Translations under genes and position numbers: made by a program
Notes under the pieces: generated by a model
The model's input: only the letters and a program-made list of their open reading frames with translations
Told to the model about the DNA's origin: nothing
Databases searched by the model: none
Source: Candidatus Saccharimonadales bacterium
GTDB lineage: Bacteria; Patescibacteriota; Saccharimonadia; Saccharimonadales; 2-12-FULL-41-12
NCBI GenBank assembly: GCA_025451045.1
Contig: JANWLD010000001.1
Location: forward strand, 133,812-197,811
Direction: 5' to 3'
Length of the DNA stretch: 64,000 nt
Shown here: in pieces, positions 1 through 9,484 of the stretch
How positions within the stretch are numbered: position 1 is the stretch's first letter
Layout of the letters: each line of letters opens with the position of its first letter

Positions 1-879
1 ATTTTTCGTTTGACGATAATTATCAGCACGATAGTGTGTATTTTGGGGATAATCCAATACCTTTTGCCAAAAGATTTTATGACTCACTTCGGCTATTCAT
101 TAGATAGAGGCGTAAAACCGGCGTTTTTCATTGATGAAAAGCCGGATCTACCACGGATTATGTCCACTTTGCGCGACCCAAACTCACTCGGCGCTTATCT
201 GATATTGCCAATTACTATCTTGGCCGGCGCATGGCTGAAAAAGCCGAAACTTAGAATGTTGTTTTCCGGTTTGTTGTTACTGCATGCCTTAGCGTTATTT
301 TTGACTTTTTCACGCAGCGCATGGGTCGGTGCGGTTTTAGCTGTTGGAATAATGTTTTTCTGGCATTTCAAAGAGAGAACCAAGTTAATTGTCAAAAAAT
401 ATTGGCCGCTGATTGTCGCTGGGTTGGTAGTACTTACAGCCGGAGTCTTCATGCTTCGTGACCAGTATGTCGTGCAGAACGTGGTATTTCATTCCGATGA
501 AAACACCCGCCGGACTGATTCGAACAACCTGCATGCCCAATTTGCCGAAAACGGCCTGAAGGGAATTGCAAATGAACCGTTCGGCCATGGCCCGGGAACC
601 GCTGGACTAGTGTCGATCCAGACAAAACAAGTGGTCTTAACGGAAAATTACTTTATCCAAATTAGCTATGAGGTAGGGATTATCGGACTTGCCTTGCTTG
701 TTGGAATCATGATTTTTGTTTGTAAGTTGCTATATGAGCGGAATGATTTCTACGCATCGGCACTACTGGCATCTTTTGCCGGCATCACTTTTTGCTGTTT
801 GCTACTCCATACCTGGAGCAACGAAGCCGTTGCCGCCCAGTGGTGGTTGCTAGCAGGGCTCGTTATGAAAGAAAAGTAG
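1..879 (+). CDS. O-antigen ligase/polymerase-like (Wzy_C-type) polytopic membrane protein, 5'-truncated by window edge
   Basis: The frame is open to base 1, with no stop before the TTG at 10. It has many hydrophobic spans and a loop HSDENTRRTDSNNLHAQFAENGL...FGHGPGTAG typical of the O-antigen ligase family as I recall it. Confidence 0.6.
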   Translation: MFRLTIIISTIVCILGIIQYLLPKDFMTHFGYSLDRGVKPAFFIDEKPDLPRIMSTLRDPNSLGAYLILPITILAGAWLKKPKLRMLFSGLLLLHALALFLTFSRSAWVGAVLAVGIMFFWHFKERTKLIVKKYWPLIVAGLVVLTAGVFMLRDQYVVQNVVFHSDENTRRTDSNNLHAQFAENGLKGIANEPFGHGPGTAGLVSIQTKQVVLTENYFIQISYEVGIIGLALLVGIMIFVCKLLYERNDFYASALLASFAGITFCCLLLHTWSNEAVAAQWWLLAGLVMKEK

Positions 880-930
880 CTGATCTAGTTAATGGAGAGG
901 AGTTATTTAAGTCCTAAAACCAGGGGGCCT

Positions 931-1278
931 TTACTTAAATATATTGTCATCAATCTTACCGCTACAGACTTTAGGAAGAGTATTGGTACGATATACATAA
1001 CCTGCGATCCTATACAATTCGTAGCCTTCTTTATTGATAACGTAATCCCTTTCACACACGAAGGCTGTATAAAAATGAATACCGTCGTGGGATAAATCAT
1101 AAAGAGGATATGTATGCTCTGAATGTGAAAAAGCAGCGCTGCCGAACCTTTGGTTAAACAGCGTGTAGCCTCCATATCCTGCCGCTGTTAGCATTAGAAG
1201 TACCAGCAGAGAACCGAAAAGCCTCCCGACCCCCGGTGAGTTGAGCCTGTTTAATATTGATGATTTTGTTGTTGCCAT
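931..1278 (-). CDS. hypothetical membrane-anchored protein
   Basis: ATG ORF of 115 aa with a basic N-terminus followed by one hydrophobic helix (LFGSLLVLLMLTAAGYGG). No recognisable domain. Confidence 0.45.
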   Translation of the reverse strand: MATTKSSILNRLNSPGVGRLFGSLLVLLMLTAAGYGGYTLFNQRFGSAAFSHSEHTYPLYDLSHDGIHFYTAFVCERDYVINKEGYELYRIAGYVYRTNTLPKVCSGKIDDNIFK

Positions 1279-1319
1279 AGAATTTATTTTCCTTTTCTAA
1301 CTATAAATGTAGCATAAAA

Positions 1320-2321
1320 CTAATGTTTACCAAAAGTAAAAAAAGACCGCATACTATGGGCGTTAGGCGGTAAATCCTGATACAGAATTGAGCGGATATA
1401 GCTGCTGCTGACTTTGCGATTTCTTTGAATTTTAAACCGCTCAATCAAGACATGCGGAATATTGAATACTGAATAGAAAAGTCCTTTTAAAAGAGTAATA
1501 AGTCGGGCTTTTAGCAAAGTGCTGAGCAAAATCGCACTGTAGGCTGCAAAAAAGCGGGGAAGCATTTTGGGGAGCAAGTTTAAGGGAACATTCTTCCAAA
1601 AAAGCATCGGCAGGTTCTTTATGGTTTGCAGTGTCGTGAAACCGGAAATCTTACCACTGGTACTGCCGGTGGCATGGTAGCCCACAGCTTTTGGCTGGTA
1701 CATTACTTCCCAGCCCCTTAGCTGAAGTCGGAAGTTGTAGTCGGTATCTTCATAATAAGCAAAAAACTTTTCATCGAAGAATCCAGTATCTCTCATTGCC
1801 TCAGCCTTGTACATGGCAGCGCCGGCACAGACACCGAAAACTTCGCCGGATTTACCTTCAGCATTTTCTGCTAGCTCATCCCTTTGGCGGGCAATCGCCA
1901 AACCCCAGATAGAATATTCATCACCGGTGTTATCTATCTTTTTACCATCTTTTGACAATAGTTTTCCAGTTGCCGCACCGATTCTTTTATCAATAAAAGT
2001 TTTTTCGAGTTCTTCCAGCCATTTTTTTTCTAAAACGACGTCGTTGTTCAAAAGCACTATATATTCAGCATTATTTTCCAGTGCTTCTCTTATCCCAGTG
2101 TTTACTCCTCCGGCAAAGCCAAGGTTCTTTTTGTTTTGGATTAATATGGTTTCTGGAAAAGATTTGCCAATAAGTTCCACTGAATTATCTTCCGATGCGT
2201 TGTCAACTACGATAACGGAGTGTTTTTTAGTTTGACTTCTTAATGATGCCAAACATTTTGTAGTTAGCTCACCACCGTTCCAGTTTGGGATAATAACCCA
2301 GATACCTGTATTATTTAACAT
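1320..2321 (-). CDS. family-2 glycosyltransferase (rhamnosyltransferase-like)
   Basis: N-terminus IWVIIPNWNGGELTTKCLASL...VVDNASEDNS, plus LLNNDV and YEDTD acidic motifs typical of GT2. Confidence 0.8.
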   Translation of the reverse strand: MLNNTGIWVIIPNWNGGELTTKCLASLRSQTKKHSVIVVDNASEDNSVELIGKSFPETILIQNKKNLGFAGGVNTGIREALENNAEYIVLLNNDVVLEKKWLEELEKTFIDKRIGAATGKLLSKDGKKIDNTGDEYSIWGLAIARQRDELAENAEGKSGEVFGVCAGAAMYKAEAMRDTGFFDEKFFAYYEDTDYNFRLQLRGWEVMYQPKAVGYHATGSTSGKISGFTTLQTIKNLPMLFWKNVPLNLLPKMLPRFFAAYSAILLSTLLKARLITLLKGLFYSVFNIPHVLIERFKIQRNRKVSSSYIRSILYQDLPPNAHSMRSFFTFGKH

Positions 2322-2344
2322 GTATTGTTTAATTTTAACTTAAG

Positions 2345-3169
2345 TTGATGAGTTCTATAAAACACGAGAGATTTCCGCTTAAAAAGCAAAAAAGTCTCCT
2401 TCTTGAAATGATTAGGACGGACTTTAAACTGCGCTACCAAGCGTCAGCGCTTGGATATATTTGGTCCATCCTAAAACCGCTGTTCACGTTTGCTATTTTA
2501 TACATCATTTTTGCCTTGGTTTTAAAGCTGGGCGCACGTGAACAAAATTACGCGCTTTCACTACTTTTGGGCGTGGTACTTTGGAGTTTTTTCGCTGAAG
2601 CCACCAGTGCGTCTTTGGTTTCAATAGTTTCCAGCGGTAATCTAATCAGAAAGATAGATATACCCAGATATCTTATACCTATAGCGTCTACCACTGCAGC
2701 ATTTATAAACATGCTTCTGAGCCTGGTAGTATTCGGGGTTTTCCTGCTTCTTGGTTCTAACTTGGCTATTGGCTGGCATACTTTGTGGGTGCTTCCTTTG
2801 CTCATATTAGAGTTGGTCGTGATGAGTCTTGGCTTCGGCTTTTTCTTTGCCGCGTTTTATGTAAAACTGCGCGATCTTAATTATATTTGGGAAGTTATCA
2901 GACAGGCGCTTTTTTATGCTATCCCAATAATTTATCCATTGAGCAGAATAAATGATATAGAAATTCAGAAAATACTTCTGATGAATCCACTTACTCAAAT
3001 AATCCAAGATGCAAGGAGTGTAACGACTTATGACAAAATCGAGCGCATCCCACAAGTTTTTGGCAGCGGACTATATGAGCTTATCCCAATAATCTTTGCA
3101 ATACTGTCGTTGGTTATTGGCGTATGGTATTTCAGCAGGCATTCTAAATATTTTGCAGAGGATTTGTAA
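2345..3169 (+). CDS. ABC-2 type polysaccharide/teichoic-acid export permease (Wzm/TagG-like)
   Basis: About 6 hydrophobic spans and the N-terminal DFKLRYQASALGYIWSILKPL motif of Wzm/TagG/KpsM-type permeases. It abuts the ATPase gene with no gap. The start is TTG 2345 or ATG 2348. Confidence 0.8.
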   Translation: MMSSIKHERFPLKKQKSLLLEMIRTDFKLRYQASALGYIWSILKPLFTFAILYIIFALVLKLGAREQNYALSLLLGVVLWSFFAEATSASLVSIVSSGNLIRKIDIPRYLIPIASTTAAFINMLLSLVVFGVFLLLGSNLAIGWHTLWVLPLLILELVVMSLGFGFFFAAFYVKLRDLNYIWEVIRQALFYAIPIIYPLSRINDIEIQKILLMNPLTQIIQDARSVTTYDKIERIPQVFGSGLYELIPIIFAILSLVIGVWYFSRHSKYFAEDL

Positions 3170-4393
3170 ATGGATAATGACGTAGCTATCAAAGTAAAGG
3201 GTGTATCGAAACACTTCATTCTTCCTCACAAAAAAAGAAACTCTCTAAAATCTTTTTTTCTTAATCCTTTTTCAAATTATCGAAATGAGAAACAACATGC
3301 TTTGGACAATGTTTCCTTTGAGGTAAAAAAAGGCGAATTTTTTGGCATAATCGGTAGGAACGGTAGTGGAAAGAGTACATTATTGAAATGCATGGCAGGA
3401 GTCTATATGCCGACCGAGGGCTCAATAACCGTAAATGGTAGTTTAGTCCCTTTCATTGAATTGGGCGTGGGATTTGATCCGGAACTTAGTGGACGAGATA
3501 ATATTTACCTGAACGGAGCTTTGCTAGGCTTTTCCAGAAAAGAGGTAGATAAAATGTATCAGGAAATTGTGGATTTTGCCGAACTGGAAAAGTTTATGGA
3601 TCAAAAATTGAAAAACTACTCATCCGGTATGCAGGTCCGACTGGCTTTTTCGGTGGCAATTCAAGCTAAAAGTGACATTTTACTACTGGATGAAGTCCTG
3701 GCAGTCGGCGACTCAGCTTTCCAGCAAAAGTGTACGGATTACTTCACTTCAATAAAAAAGAAGAAAAAAACAATAATTTTAGTTTCGCACAACATGCAAG
3801 CCGTCGAAAGATTCTGCGACAGGGCATTATTGATTGATAATTCTACCATTCAAAAGATTGGCGACAGCTCGAAAATAGCAGAAATGTATGAGAACATATT
3901 TTTGCGCGAAAAAATGGAAAAATTAAATGGAGAACGTCAACAAAAAAGGCGAGAGGTACTATCAGCTAGCGGCCAAGCAGTAGAAATTAAAAGTGTTAAA
4001 GTTACTCAAAATGGGAAAAAAGTAAAAGAGGTAAACGCTCAAAAAGAATTTGAAGTAGAAGTACTTTTATTGAGCAAGAGAGGCTTAAAGGAAGCAAACA
4101 TTGGGATAAATATTAAAAATCAAGACAGAATTATGTTGCTTTCGGCTGATACTATCGCCGAGTTAGGAAATATAGATATCCCAAAAAATAAGAAAGTAAA
4201 AATTATCTACAAAATTAGCAATATACTCGCAAATGGGCTATACACCATTAATCTCGGGGTCGTAGAAGGAGCCATACCTAATGATGAAGTAATTTTTAGA
4301 GAAGAAAATTCCCAAGAGTTTATTATCACAGGGAGTGAATCAAATCCAAGGGCCCTAGCACATACAAATATTGACGTAAGAGTGCAGGTGTGA
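3170..4393 (+). CDS. polysaccharide export ABC ATPase (Wzt/TagH-like) with extra C-terminal domain
   Basis: Walker A GRNGSGKST, signature YSSGMQVRLAF and Walker B ILLLDE. About 160 aa follow the NBD. Confidence 0.85.
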   Translation: MDNDVAIKVKGVSKHFILPHKKRNSLKSFFLNPFSNYRNEKQHALDNVSFEVKKGEFFGIIGRNGSGKSTLLKCMAGVYMPTEGSITVNGSLVPFIELGVGFDPELSGRDNIYLNGALLGFSRKEVDKMYQEIVDFAELEKFMDQKLKNYSSGMQVRLAFSVAIQAKSDILLLDEVLAVGDSAFQQKCTDYFTSIKKKKKTIILVSHNMQAVERFCDRALLIDNSTIQKIGDSSKIAEMYENIFLREKMEKLNGERQQKRREVLSASGQAVEIKSVKVTQNGKKVKEVNAQKEFEVEVLLLSKRGLKEANIGINIKNQDRIMLLSADTIAELGNIDIPKNKKVKIIYKISNILANGLYTINLGVVEGAIPNDEVIFREENSQEFIITGSESNPRALAHTNIDVRVQV

Positions 4394-4412
4394 ATAAGGG
4401 GCATAGATACTT

Positions 4413-5792
4413 ATGAAAGAATCAGGTAAAAAAAATAGAATCTTAGTTCTATCACACATCTCCGAGCTAGTTGGCGGCGCCGAGAAGTCTCTACTTGATG
4501 TGTTCGACTCATGGGCTGAGGATTACCCTATAGAGCCGATCTTTATATTGAAAGAGCCAGTCGGTACCATGAAAGTCGCCATCGAAAAAAGAGGCTGGAA
4601 ATACTATGGTGTCGAATATACTTTTTGGTCGGAAGGGGAACCGCCAAAAACCAGTGAAAAAAAATACGTCGCGGCTTTGAAAAATACCAGAGCCATACAA
4701 AAAATCGAAGATATAATCCAGCAAGAGCAACCCGATTTAGTACTGACTAATTCGGTAGTCTGCCCATGGGCGGCCATCGCAGCACATTATCAAAAGATTC
4801 CGCATGTTTGGTTTGTTCGTGAATATGGAGACTTGGATCATGGCAGAATTTTTGAAATTGGCCGAAAGAAAACGCTACAAGATGTAGGCAACCTATCTGA
4901 GTTGGTGGTCGCGAATTCTAAAACTCTCGAAAACCACCTAGAAAAATATATTGATAAACAAAAACTAACGACACTTTATACGCCTTTTAATATAAAAAAA
5001 CTACTGGAAAAATCCGATGAAAAAGTAAAATCACCATTCAGTTACAGTAATAGTTTAAAAGTGGTTGTCACCGGAAGTCTTACCCCATCAAAAGGCCAAC
5101 TTGACGCCATAAAAGCCATAGGCAGATTAAATGTTGCCGGGTACTTGGCTGAGATTTGCATAATTGGCGGAAACGGACCAAAAGATTATAAGAAACGAAT
5201 TAGAAAAACAATAAAAAAATATAAGATTTCTGACAAAGTAAAATTGGTTGGTCATCAGGCTAATCCCTTGGCCCTGATATCATTAGCAGATGTTGGCATA
5301 ATGTCTTCCCGTATGGAGGCTTTTGGGCGAGTAACGTTTGAATACATGGCCGTAGGCTTGGCTATGATAGGAACGGATTCCGGTGCAACGCCCGAAATGA
5401 TAGAAGATGGCAAAAATGGCTATTTATATAAGCCGGGTGATATTGAAACTCTTGTTCACAAGCTAAAAATATATATAGAAGATCCTAATTTGATATCTAA
5501 ACATGGCCAAAACTCGAAGAGAAAAGCTGAAGAAATGATGCAGGGTAAGTACAAATCAGAGGACGTATATCAGAAAATACTTGGACTTTTGTCTGACGAC
5601 GGCCAAAAACAAAAAACGCAGCCTATTAATTACACGCATAAATGGCTGGAATATCCACAACTGGCCAATGACTTTATAATTGAGACGGGTAAGATATCGG
5701 TAAAAAAACTTATTTTTAAAAGAGCAAGGACCAGATTAGGCAGTGTAAGAAGAAAAACTCGCCAGACTGCTAAGAAAGCTATAAAAGGTTGA
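4413..5792 (+). CDS. GT-B fold glycosyltransferase (family 4-like)
   Basis: C-terminal half FGRVTFEYMAVGLAMIGTDSGATPEMIEDGKNGYL matches the GT4 E-x7-E region. An SD-like aagggg lies upstream. The C-terminal tail is basic. Confidence 0.8.
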   Translation: MKESGKKNRILVLSHISELVGGAEKSLLDVFDSWAEDYPIEPIFILKEPVGTMKVAIEKRGWKYYGVEYTFWSEGEPPKTSEKKYVAALKNTRAIQKIEDIIQQEQPDLVLTNSVVCPWAAIAAHYQKIPHVWFVREYGDLDHGRIFEIGRKKTLQDVGNLSELVVANSKTLENHLEKYIDKQKLTTLYTPFNIKKLLEKSDEKVKSPFSYSNSLKVVVTGSLTPSKGQLDAIKAIGRLNVAGYLAEICIIGGNGPKDYKKRIRKTIKKYKISDKVKLVGHQANPLALISLADVGIMSSRMEAFGRVTFEYMAVGLAMIGTDSGATPEMIEDGKNGYLYKPGDIETLVHKLKIYIEDPNLISKHGQNSKRKAEEMMQGKYKSEDVYQKILGLLSDDGQKQKTQPINYTHKWLEYPQLANDFIIETGKISVKKLIFKRARTRLGSVRRKTRQTAKKAIKG

Positions 5793-5796
5793 TACT

Positions 5797-6726
5797 ATGG
5801 CGACTTTTAAACCTATTACCATCGTAGTTCCGGTTTATGCCGACTGGAGTTCGCTTAAAACCTGTATAAAGTCTTTGAAGCAAACCATCAGTGAAAATGA
5901 CAAAGTAATTTTCGTTAATGATTGCGGCCCGCGAGCTGAATACTTAAGGAAAAAAATAAAGAAGGCCATAAATAAATATCCGAATTTCGAATACTTCCAT
6001 AATCCGTATAACGTAGGCTTTATAAAAACCTGCAACCGGGCGGTATTTGAACTTGATAATACGGCCAATGATGTACTGCTACTTAACAGTGACACGGAAG
6101 TTACTACCGGCTTCCTTGATGAAATGCGGTCGTTAATTGCGGAAGATAAGAAAATCGGTGCAATATCGCCGCGCTCTAACAATGCGACCATTGCGACCAT
6201 ACCTCTATCATCGGCGCTGCAGAAAGGCATTAATCCGAACAAGGCCTTTAAAATCTGGTGGAAAATAAAAGATAAGCTGCCGCGATACAACGAAGTACCG
6301 GTTGCCCATGGCTTTTGTCTGTTAATCCGTCGCTCGGTGATAAGTAAATGCGGGCTTTTTGACGAAGTGTTCGGCAAAGGCTACGGCGAAGAAAATGACT
6401 TTTGCCTGAGGATTAAAAAACAAGGCTTCACCAGCGTGCTTGCTAACCGGGCGTTTGTCTTCCACCTTGAAGCGAGGAGCTTCACATTGGAAGCAAAAGC
6501 AAAACTGCTGGAGAAAAACAGCAAGGTACTATACAAAAGATATCCAAACTACAGGCAATCCGTCAGGGACTATATGAAAGAGGCACTAATCAGGGAAGCG
6601 AAGGCTGAACGCGCGGCAGGCGTAAAAATAAACCCCGGCCCGAAAGACAAAATCAAAAATTTAATAAAACGTAATAAAAAAACCCACCAATTGGCTAAAA
6701 AGACCCGGGATAAAATTAGAAACTAA
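5797..6726 (+). CDS. family-2 glycosyltransferase
   Basis: ITIVVPVYADWSSLKTCIKSL, VNDCGP and LLNSDTEV motifs. The C-terminal tail is basic. Confidence 0.8.
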   Translation: MATFKPITIVVPVYADWSSLKTCIKSLKQTISENDKVIFVNDCGPRAEYLRKKIKKAINKYPNFEYFHNPYNVGFIKTCNRAVFELDNTANDVLLLNSDTEVTTGFLDEMRSLIAEDKKIGAISPRSNNATIATIPLSSALQKGINPNKAFKIWWKIKDKLPRYNEVPVAHGFCLLIRRSVISKCGLFDEVFGKGYGEENDFCLRIKKQGFTSVLANRAFVFHLEARSFTLEAKAKLLEKNSKVLYKRYPNYRQSVRDYMKEALIREAKAERAAGVKINPGPKDKIKNLIKRNKKTHQLAKKTRDKIRN

Positions 6727-7988
6727 TCAGCTAATTCATCTAAGTTTTCAAGCAGTTTTTTAGCCGTTTGTTCAGAAGAACGGTCCTGCCAGACATATTT
6801 TTGGGCAGAAGGAATAATTTTTTCCGTTCTATCCCTGAAATTATTCGGGCTTGCAACTATAGTGGAAATACGGTTGAACCAAGACACTTCGTCATTTTTA
6901 ATCTTTATTATGAAGTTTTCGATTTCTTTTGATTGGTATGGCAGTATATCGGAAACCACCGGCATAATACCGGCAGCCAAATAATCAAGGCATTTTATAT
7001 CGGACTTTGACCTGTTAAAAGCTGAATCCACAAGAGGAGATAAGCCAATATTGTAAGGGCCTTGTTCCAAAAACCACTTTACGAAGTTTGGGTATAGCGA
7101 GCCAAATCTGGGGGTATTTAACTGCGTTATCCAGGTTCGCTCAGGCACGTTTTGTGAAACGCCAATAGTTGTCAGCTGGAATGAACCGGGGTGTTTTTCA
7201 TGAACTTTATCGAGCGCTGGGATAATCATCGCGAAATCTGCCTCATGGGTAGCCGTTCCCATATATACCATTTGGATAGGGCCTTTGTTTTTTGTTCGTA
7301 TTTTTTTTGTCTGCCACAGTCGGGGGTCTAAACTATTAGTTATGACTTTGGTCTTGGCTTTGTACCTATTTTCAACCAGTTCACCAGTCGATACCCATAT
7401 TTGGTCAGATTTTTCCAATAAATATTCCATTGCTTCTACTCTTTTAGTTTGGACAGCGTATTCCGGGTGTTCTTCACTGATTTGATGAAACGCGTCATCG
7501 TTGTCGACAATTATTTTTGCAGTCTTTGTCTGTTCCAAAAGTCTCTGAGACTGCTTGACATCATTAAATGCCGTACGCTGGACAATAACAAAATCGGCCT
7601 CTATATTTGCCGGCGGTCTCAGGGAAGATAATATATTTAATTCTATTTTCTCGCGCACGGCATTGTCGGACAAAGGGCTTATCAGCCGGATGAATGATGA
7701 GCTACGCGGGAAAAAATGCCCATCGCGAAGAACTAAGGCGACTTTGTATTTTTTGTTACGGTCTGTGTCCGGGTATGAATAAACTTCTTTTAGAACTTTA
7801 ATCAGGTTTTTTTTCTGTCGGTAGGGACTATAAAATGAGCTTTTGATTAGGGTACGATGGACTGGGTTATAGTGGTTTGCGAGGATTGCCGCCTGATAGA
7901 TTCTGCCATGGATAAGATGCAGGGAGATTTTTCGCAAGCGGCGGTAATTTTCCCGGATGAAATCTATTTCTTTGAGCTCATTTTTCAT
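6723..7988 (-). CDS. putative glycosyltransferase (GT-B-like C-terminal half), specificity unknown
   Basis: 421-aa ORF overlapping neighbours by 4 and 11 nt. The C-terminal segment YMGTATHEADF...NIGLSPLVDSAFNRSKSDIKCLDYLAAGIMPV resembles GT-B proteins in polysaccharide loci. This assignment comes from memory only. Confidence 0.45.
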   Translation of the reverse strand: MKNELKEIDFIRENYRRLRKISLHLIHGRIYQAAILANHYNPVHRTLIKSSFYSPYRQKKNLIKVLKEVYSYPDTDRNKKYKVALVLRDGHFFPRSSSFIRLISPLSDNAVREKIELNILSSLRPPANIEADFVIVQRTAFNDVKQSQRLLEQTKTAKIIVDNDDAFHQISEEHPEYAVQTKRVEAMEYLLEKSDQIWVSTGELVENRYKAKTKVITNSLDPRLWQTKKIRTKNKGPIQMVYMGTATHEADFAMIIPALDKVHEKHPGSFQLTTIGVSQNVPERTWITQLNTPRFGSLYPNFVKWFLEQGPYNIGLSPLVDSAFNRSKSDIKCLDYLAAGIMPVVSDILPYQSKEIENFIIKIKNDEVSWFNRISTIVASPNNFRDRTEKIIPSAQKYVWQDRSSEQTAKKLLENLDELAD

Positions 7989-9414
7989 TTATCCAGGCCT
8001 TTTTACCATTGTTATACCAATCAGCTGTAGAATCCTTTATAAAATGCGGGAAAGCACTTATGAAGAAAATCAAAATGGTTATGAGTAAATAGCTGAATTT
8101 TAGCGATGGGCGTTTTAAAGCTCCAATGATCAGCTGGTTCCAAACCAGATAAATTATAGGCAGGACACAGAACAGATACCGGCCATGCACGGCGAATCCA
8201 AAGCGACCTGTTTGATGGTATAGATTAATGCTTTGGATTAATAACACGCCCGAGTAAAAAAGACTTATATAAACTAAGACTTTGATGTTCTTATCGATTT
8301 TCTTCCAACGGACTATAAGGAGATAAAATCCGGCCAGAAGGATAACCAGCGCCCAATCAACCGCCAACCTACTGGCCCGGAGGTATTTGTGGGCGAATAC
8401 GCCGAAAGTCCGGTCTTCTACCAACGGGACCCAGTTTTTTGAGTATTGGGCGATATTTTTCTTGGCCTTGGGGTGATTGGCTGAAAAGATTATCTCATCA
8501 CGCCTGAACAAATCACTGCCGCGGCATTCTTGCAGGGTTCTAACTTTAGGGCAAGAAGGAGCGTAATCTTGATAATTTATCAGGTTAAAAACATAGCGCT
8601 GAACAAACAAGATGCTTAACAGGCCAATGGTTACTATTAAAAAGTAGTTCAATTTTTTTGAAACGGCAAAACTTTTACCAAATTGCTTGAACACGATTGG
8701 CAAGCTTTTTACGTATTTAACACTGAAAATCAAACAAACAATAAATGCGATTGGCAGAAAATTGATTTTTGTCAGCGATCCGGCGAGCAGGACCACTAAC
8801 ATCAGCAGTATGTCGCGGGCATCAATCTTTCGGATGAGCCGGAGCAACAATAAAAAGCTGGCAAGTGAAAGAAAAACAAACAGATTATCATAGCTGATTG
8901 CTGAAAATAAAAACGTAAACATAAGGGTATTTACCAGCATGAATATAGATAAGTTCCTCGCTAAAACATTGATTTTTATAAAATCCGCTATTTTGACCAA
9001 CACTACCAACGAAGCTAAACCAAGACCGACGTTAAACAGCCTGATAACGATATAAGCATTATCTAGCCCGCTGACCAACTTGTACGGAAAACTCAAGATA
9101 TAGTGATATATAAAAAACGGGTTGTGGACAGCGTCAAGCAAGATATCATGCCCCTGTTGATGAGGCAAAAAGGGCGTGGGGAAATGCTCGGAAAAATACT
9201 TTATATATGTAAGATGATAATTCTCATCCGGCGGAACTCCGAACTTTATAAAAACTGCAAAATATAGGCCCTGCAGTGCGAACCAGCCAAGTGTTAAATA
9301 CAAAAAAGTTTTGGACGAGAAGAAGTTTAAACCGCGTTCAACGGTCTTTGACATAAGGTTATTTAAGTCCACTGTTGCGCCAGTAAGGTCAGATTGCTTG
9401 GCTTTTTCCCGCAC
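7978..9414 (-). CDS. GT-C-like polytopic membrane protein, paralog A (putative extracytoplasmic glycosyltransferase)
   Basis: More than 10 hydrophobic spans with an acidic first-loop motif PPDENYH after TM1. It is a clear paralog of 17524..18963. The start is uncertain (GTG 9414 or ATG 9354). Confidence 0.55.
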   Translation of the reverse strand: MREKAKQSDLTGATVDLNNLMSKTVERGLNFFSSKTFLYLTLGWFALQGLYFAVFIKFGVPPDENYHLTYIKYFSEHFPTPFLPHQQGHDILLDAVHNPFFIYHYILSFPYKLVSGLDNAYIVIRLFNVGLGLASLVVLVKIADFIKINVLARNLSIFMLVNTLMFTFLFSAISYDNLFVFLSLASFLLLLRLIRKIDARDILLMLVVLLAGSLTKINFLPIAFIVCLIFSVKYVKSLPIVFKQFGKSFAVSKKLNYFLIVTIGLLSILFVQRYVFNLINYQDYAPSCPKVRTLQECRGSDLFRRDEIIFSANHPKAKKNIAQYSKNWVPLVEDRTFGVFAHKYLRASRLAVDWALVILLAGFYLLIVRWKKIDKNIKVLVYISLFYSGVLLIQSINLYHQTGRFGFAVHGRYLFCVLPIIYLVWNQLIIGALKRPSLKFSYLLITILIFFISAFPHFIKDSTADWYNNGKKAWINEK

Positions 9415-9468
9415 TCAAGAATTCTAACATGGTTATATCTTGACGGCTTAACTCCCTGTGTACCGATG

Positions 9469-9477
9469 TGTTATAGT
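9469..9477 (+). promoter_or_regulatory. extended -10 (TGtTATAGT) 7 nt upstream of ATG 9485
   Basis: TG at 9469-70, TATAGT at 9472-77, then 7 nt to the ATG with no SD in between. Confidence 0.45.
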
Positions 9478-9484
9478 CTCAAAA

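Noticed and set aside
892-1175. Alternative ORFs 892..1095 (+) and 903..1175 (-) overlapping 931..1278
   Set aside because: They are mutually exclusive with the 115-aa ORF, which has an ATG start and a plausible TM anchor. None is strongly supported, so I kept only the longest ATG-initiated one at modest confidence.
5835-6377. Long antisense ORFs inside well-supported genes (also 1807..2235, 34782..35294, 46479..47186, 52105..52632, 53687..54067, 58597..59043)
   Set aside because: Each lies entirely within a gene that has clear family motifs on the opposite strand. Their translations are low-complexity Ser/Pro/Leu-rich shadows without starts or SDs in sensible context.
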